Below are positions 60,952 through 64,000 of a DNA stretch of 64,000 bases, one piece after another. The notes below the pieces were generated by a model. It was not told the DNA's origin, did not search any database, and was given only the letters and a program-made list of their open reading frames with translations. This stretch comes from a candidate division FCPU426 bacterium (GTDB lineage Bacteria; Oederibacteriota; Muellerivitia; Muellerivitales; Muellerivitaceae), in contig CAWHOE010000047.1 of assembly GCA_963830915.1 (NCBI GenBank), forward strand, positions 7,781 through 71,780, in the 5' to 3' direction. Every line of letters begins with the position of its first letter. The stretch's first letter is position 1. A program made the position numbers and the translations under genes.

Positions 60952-61326
60952 CTATTTGTAACGCTTCGCTTTTTCTTTCGCCAAACTGACAGGTTTCAAA
61001 TCCTCTTTCTTCTGTGTATACATACCGCGTTTCTTGATGGGTTCGACCCTGATCTTGAAACCCAGACCATGCACGATCCCTTCCACCGTGGAATAAGCTG
61101 GGTCCCTTTTACCGGAAAAAGCGCGATAAAGATTCTGACGGTTCAAGCCGGAGACCTTCGAAAGTTTCGCCACACCACCCAGAGCATCCGCGACGTTCTT
61201 GAACATCAATAAGGACGTACCAAAGTCATCCTCATTCAGGGCTTCGTTCAAATAAGCCTCACGAAAATGCACGTTCTTTCTTAATTGGTTGATGAGATGT
61301 TGATCGAATGACGCGGCGCCTTTCAT
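60952..61326 (-). CDS. HigA-like HTH antitoxin (addiction-module antidote protein)
   Basis: Start MKGAASFDQHL. ...LLMFKNVADALGGVAKLSKVSGLNRQNLYRAFSGKRDP..STV. Confidence 0.7.
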   Translation of the reverse strand: MKGAASFDQHLINQLRKNVHFREAYLNEALNEDDFGTSLLMFKNVADALGGVAKLSKVSGLNRQNLYRAFSGKRDPAYSTVEGIVHGLGFKIRVEPIKKRGMYTQKKEDLKPVSLAKEKAKRYK

Positions 61327-61682
61327 AGTTTCCCCCTGTTTCGTTGCTTGAATTCCCGCCAATAATCCACGGCGGTACCGATGTCTTTTTGCTGGCCCCT
61401 CTTGTTCCCGCCGGTCAACAAAAGGATGGTTACAGCCCCCGCGTGGGCGAAATAAGCTCTCCAGCCCGGCCCGAAATCCATGACCAACTCGCAAACTCCC
61501 TCGCACCCTGGTAATAATTTCGCGTTTCCCATATTGCCCGATTGAATGCGGGCTAAATACTTGGCGATTTTAGAAGCCGTGGCAGGGTCCCTTTCCAACA
61601 CCATATCGAACCATTCACGGAAGGGTTTTCTTCCGTCGGGTTTTTCATAGTCCAATAATTCTCGGGGTCGTGTTTCAGGCAT
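61323..61682 (-). CDS. RelE/ParE-superfamily toxin (HigB-like addiction-module killer)
   Basis: DPATASKIAKYLARIQSGNMGNAKLLPGCEGVCELVMDFGPGWRAYFAHAGAVTILLLTGGNKRGQQKDI. Stop/start overlap with the antitoxin. Confidence 0.7.
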   Translation of the reverse strand: MPETRPRELLDYEKPDGRKPFREWFDMVLERDPATASKIAKYLARIQSGNMGNAKLLPGCEGVCELVMDFGPGWRAYFAHAGAVTILLLTGGNKRGQQKDIGTAVDYWREFKQRNRGKL

Positions 61683-61927
61683 AGGTTTTATCCATATTGT
61701 CGCCGTTTGGCGACACGGAGTCAAGAGAACATTGGGGGTGGGGTGGTCTCAGTTAAAGAGCGGGAATAATGCCAATAGCCAAGGATTATTTTCTACGAAT
61801 TTTCCTACGTGCTGTCTCCTGCCTCGAGGTAACAAGCCTTCTTCATTGAGGCCTCAGGCCGAAATGAATGGTTTGATGGTGCCAGACCTTATAGAAGGTC
61901 TGGTAGTGAGAGGCATGGTTTGGTGAT

Positions 61928-61949
61928 CCCTATTGCTATGGCAATAGGG
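61928..61949. promoter_or_regulatory. palindrome CCCTATTGCtatgGCAATAGGG upstream of higBA-like operon
   Basis: Same arms as the 60568 palindrome. Confidence 0.6.
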
Positions 61950-61959
61950 GTCTTCTGCC

Positions 61960-62030
61960 TGCTGTCGACTGTCAGCTGTTTTTTGTCAGCTGTTAGCTGT
62001 CGACTGTGGACTGTCGACTGTTAGCTGCCG
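61960..62030. repeat. inverted copy of the GACAGCTG microsatellite block
   Basis: CTGTCGACTGTCAGCTGTTTTTTGTCAGCTGTTAGCTGTCGACTGTGGACTGTCGACTGTTAGCTG. Confidence 0.65.
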
Positions 62031-62037
62031 TATGCCT

Positions 62038-63282
62038 CTATCCATTCCATTCGGCGTAGCCGCGGTCGTCGATCAAGCTCTTACACTTATTCCTCATCGC
62101 GTTGAACAAGTGCAATTCTCTACTCTCTCCATACCCAGCTTCAGGTTCACCTGCCATGCGACCACTCATCCAACTCTCACCCTCAAGGTGAGAGTTGACG
62201 GTTGATGATGCCGACTGATTGAAAGTCGGTATAGGCGCGTGGCTCGATTTGGTTGTACCCATTTCCAAATCAGAAATGGGTATGCGGCCATAAGTAGGTA
62301 TGGCCTTCAGGTAATGGAGCAGGCGTTCTTTCACCTCATCCAATTTCTCAGGGGTGGGTATCTTGTCGCTTTTGCGTGAATTCTCAGCGGAGTGGCAGGG
62401 CATGAGATTGGGCAGGCTGTTATCCCCCCACAAAGAAAAGGGTATGACGTGGTCCACCGCCAGTTTGTCCTTCGTAATGGGTTTGCCGCACCAAATACAG
62501 GGCAATACTTCCCCCTTATCCAGAAGCGCCAGAAAATGCTCACGGGCGTCTTTAACGTCCCTTTCATCCGAAGGCGGGGTGGATATCAAGCTCAGGACTT
62601 TTTCGGTTTTAACGCCGCTGTTCTTGATCCCCGCCGTGAATTCCGCCCATTGGTAAAGGATGCTTTCAGTGCCGATGATGATGGCTCCCAATTGTTTCAG
62701 CGGGGCTAAATAAGCCTCTGATATTTGGTAACTGCCATAGGAATTTCTCAGGAATTCATTATCAAAACAGTCGCAGACCGGGTTCCTGAGGGGTTTCGAT
62801 ATCGGTCTTACGACCGAATAGTCCCTGCCGTTCGCGCTAAAGCCCAGGTGGAGCATGGGCATTTTGGTGATGGTATCGGCGATCTTATCGGCCGCGGCTT
62901 TGAACTCGCCTGCCGCCTGGCCCACTATCCTCCCGCGTTGAAACTCATGATGGAAAGCCGTGTAGCCTTCCTCCCCCTGAAAACGGGATATGGCCTTTTT
63001 AAGAAGGGGCCTGAAAGCTATTTGACTGCCTTCCCCGCCGGGCAATTCCCCATGCTTCTGGGGTATATCCGCTTGGATCAATGGGAAGTAGTAATAGATC
63101 CACCATTTGACGAGAAGCCCCAGGGGATAAATCCCCTTTTCCACCTCAGCCGGGGCCAATTCATAACAGTCTTTATCGATGACATCCAACATTCCCCGCA
63201 AAAGGGCGAACTTGTAGGTGGCGTCGTATTGGTCGCGTTTGAGGATTTGGAGGATCTTGTTTATGTCGCTGGGTTTGGCCAT
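62038..63282 (-). CDS. HNH-endonuclease-domain protein with uncharacterised N-terminal region
   Basis: C-terminal CIWCGKPITKDKLAVDHVIPFSLWGDNSLPNLMPCHSAENSRK (HNH: C..C..DH..P....N....C..CN). The first ~270 aa are unrecognised. Confidence 0.6.
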   Translation of the reverse strand: MAKPSDINKILQILKRDQYDATYKFALLRGMLDVIDKDCYELAPAEVEKGIYPLGLLVKWWIYYYFPLIQADIPQKHGELPGGEGSQIAFRPLLKKAISRFQGEEGYTAFHHEFQRGRIVGQAAGEFKAAADKIADTITKMPMLHLGFSANGRDYSVVRPISKPLRNPVCDCFDNEFLRNSYGSYQISEAYLAPLKQLGAIIIGTESILYQWAEFTAGIKNSGVKTEKVLSLISTPPSDERDVKDAREHFLALLDKGEVLPCIWCGKPITKDKLAVDHVIPFSLWGDNSLPNLMPCHSAENSRKSDKIPTPEKLDEVKERLLHYLKAIPTYGRIPISDLEMGTTKSSHAPIPTFNQSASSTVNSHLEGESWMSGRMAGEPEAGYGESRELHLFNAMRNKCKSLIDDRGYAEWNG

Positions 63283-63394
63283 GGGGGCATTATATGTCTA
63301 TGGGGATTGGGTGGCATTTAAAAGGCCATATACCTTTTTGTTATAAAATAAAACGCGTAATTCTTCGTTAGGATTAGAATTAATCAATAAAGAA

Positions 63395-63925
63395 TTGTTT
63401 AAAAAGGGGTTGAATATGACCATAGAGGAACGTTTGGTAGTGTTGGAAAAGGAATTAAATAAATCGAAGCGCCGCACCCATTACTTATTGGGCACTCTAA
63501 TTTTAATTGTCACAATTGGGATTATGGGCGCAACATCCTTGAAGTCGGGAAATGTTATTCGGGCAAACAGGTTTATTCTCGAAGATCAAAATGGGAATGT
63601 AAGGGGTGTTCTTTCAGTAAATGATAATGATCCAGCGTTACACCTATTAGACGAAAACGGAAAGGTTCGTGTAGCTTTAGGAATAACTAAGTATGGGCCA
63701 ACTTTAGGCCTATGCGATGAGAACGGGACAGCACGATCTACGCTGTCAGCAGTTGAAGGCGGTCAAGGCGTTGGCCTTTTTGACGAAAAAGATACACTTC
63801 GCGCAATGCTAGGAATTTCAAAAGGCAAGCCAGGTTGTTGTTTGTACGATGTAAACGGAAATTCCATTTGGGGGTCATGCAGTTATCAGCCCCACCACAA
63901 TGCCCAAGAAGGTGTGAAGAATTAA
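63395..63925 (+). CDS. hypothetical membrane-anchored protein with ~25-aa DENG-containing repeats
   Basis: One TM helix, then repeats (LEDQNGNVRGVL / LLDENGKVRVAL / LCDENGTARSTL / LFDEKDTLRAML / LYDVNGNSIWG). Confidence 0.35.
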   Translation: MFKKGLNMTIEERLVVLEKELNKSKRRTHYLLGTLILIVTIGIMGATSLKSGNVIRANRFILEDQNGNVRGVLSVNDNDPALHLLDENGKVRVALGITKYGPTLGLCDENGTARSTLSAVEGGQGVGLFDEKDTLRAMLGISKGKPGCCLYDVNGNSIWGSCSYQPHHNAQEGVKN

Positions 63926-64000
63926 AGATACAATAGTGGATCCTTGGCCAGGCCTGAAAATAGATAATTAACGAATTACCAACCAAAATTTCATTTTTTA

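Overview
This 64 kb window looks like chromosomal DNA from a Gram-negative bacterium of roughly 55% GC. A T9SS-type C-terminal sorting domain in one large secreted protein hints at the FCB group or a related candidate lineage. A metagenome-assembled genome is possible: five genes carry apparent frameshifts, all at homopolymer runs.

Core content, in order:
- 1-9 kb: an SDR oxidoreductase, a putative pyrimidine-dimer glycosylase, and the cell-shape operon mreB-mreC-mreD-mrdA(PBP2)-rodA on the minus strand.
- 9.9-18.8 kb: a Tad/Flp pilus locus on the plus strand. It encodes an Flp pilin, three TadE/TadG-like pseudopilins, CpaB, the CpaC secretin and a TadZ-like domain fused to CpaF. No TadB/TadC platform proteins or prepilin peptidase are present in the window.
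- 19.3-26.9 kb: a translation-gene cluster, pheS / TrmH-family methyltransferase / rplT-rpmI-infC-thrS, together with tRNA-Val, tRNA-Cys and tRNA-Gly.
- 27-30.4 kb: an ExeA/MshM-like AAA ATPase paired with an 880-aa TPR/coiled-coil protein.
- 30.8-35.9 kb: a TPR-glycosyltransferase fusion and a ~1040-aa beta-propeller protein with a PT-rich linker and a T9SS sorting domain.
- 36-44 kb: a PilZ protein, an ABC-F ATPase and GT2/GT39 glycosyltransferases.
- 44-48 kb: lipoproteins, an outer-membrane beta-barrel and a Kelch-like lipoprotein.
- 48.4-53.4 kb: a periplasmic methionine-sulfoxide repair module (Met-rich MXKDX-like protein, DipZ-like CcdA-thioredoxin protein, MsrAB) lying divergent from an ECF sigma factor and an RsrA-like zinc-finger anti-sigma factor.

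From ~53.4 kb to the window end the character changes. The DNA is lower in GC and carries four or five toxin-antitoxin pairs (VapBC, Phd/PIN, MazEF-like, HigBA-like), gene fragments, several repeat families and an HNH protein. The most unusual feature is a 1.2 kb non-coding stretch (58.4-59.5 kb) made of consecutive iteron-like arrays and palindromes. It looks like an origin or centromere remnant of an integrated plasmid- or phage-like element and is flanked by inverted GACAGCTG-type microsatellite blocks.
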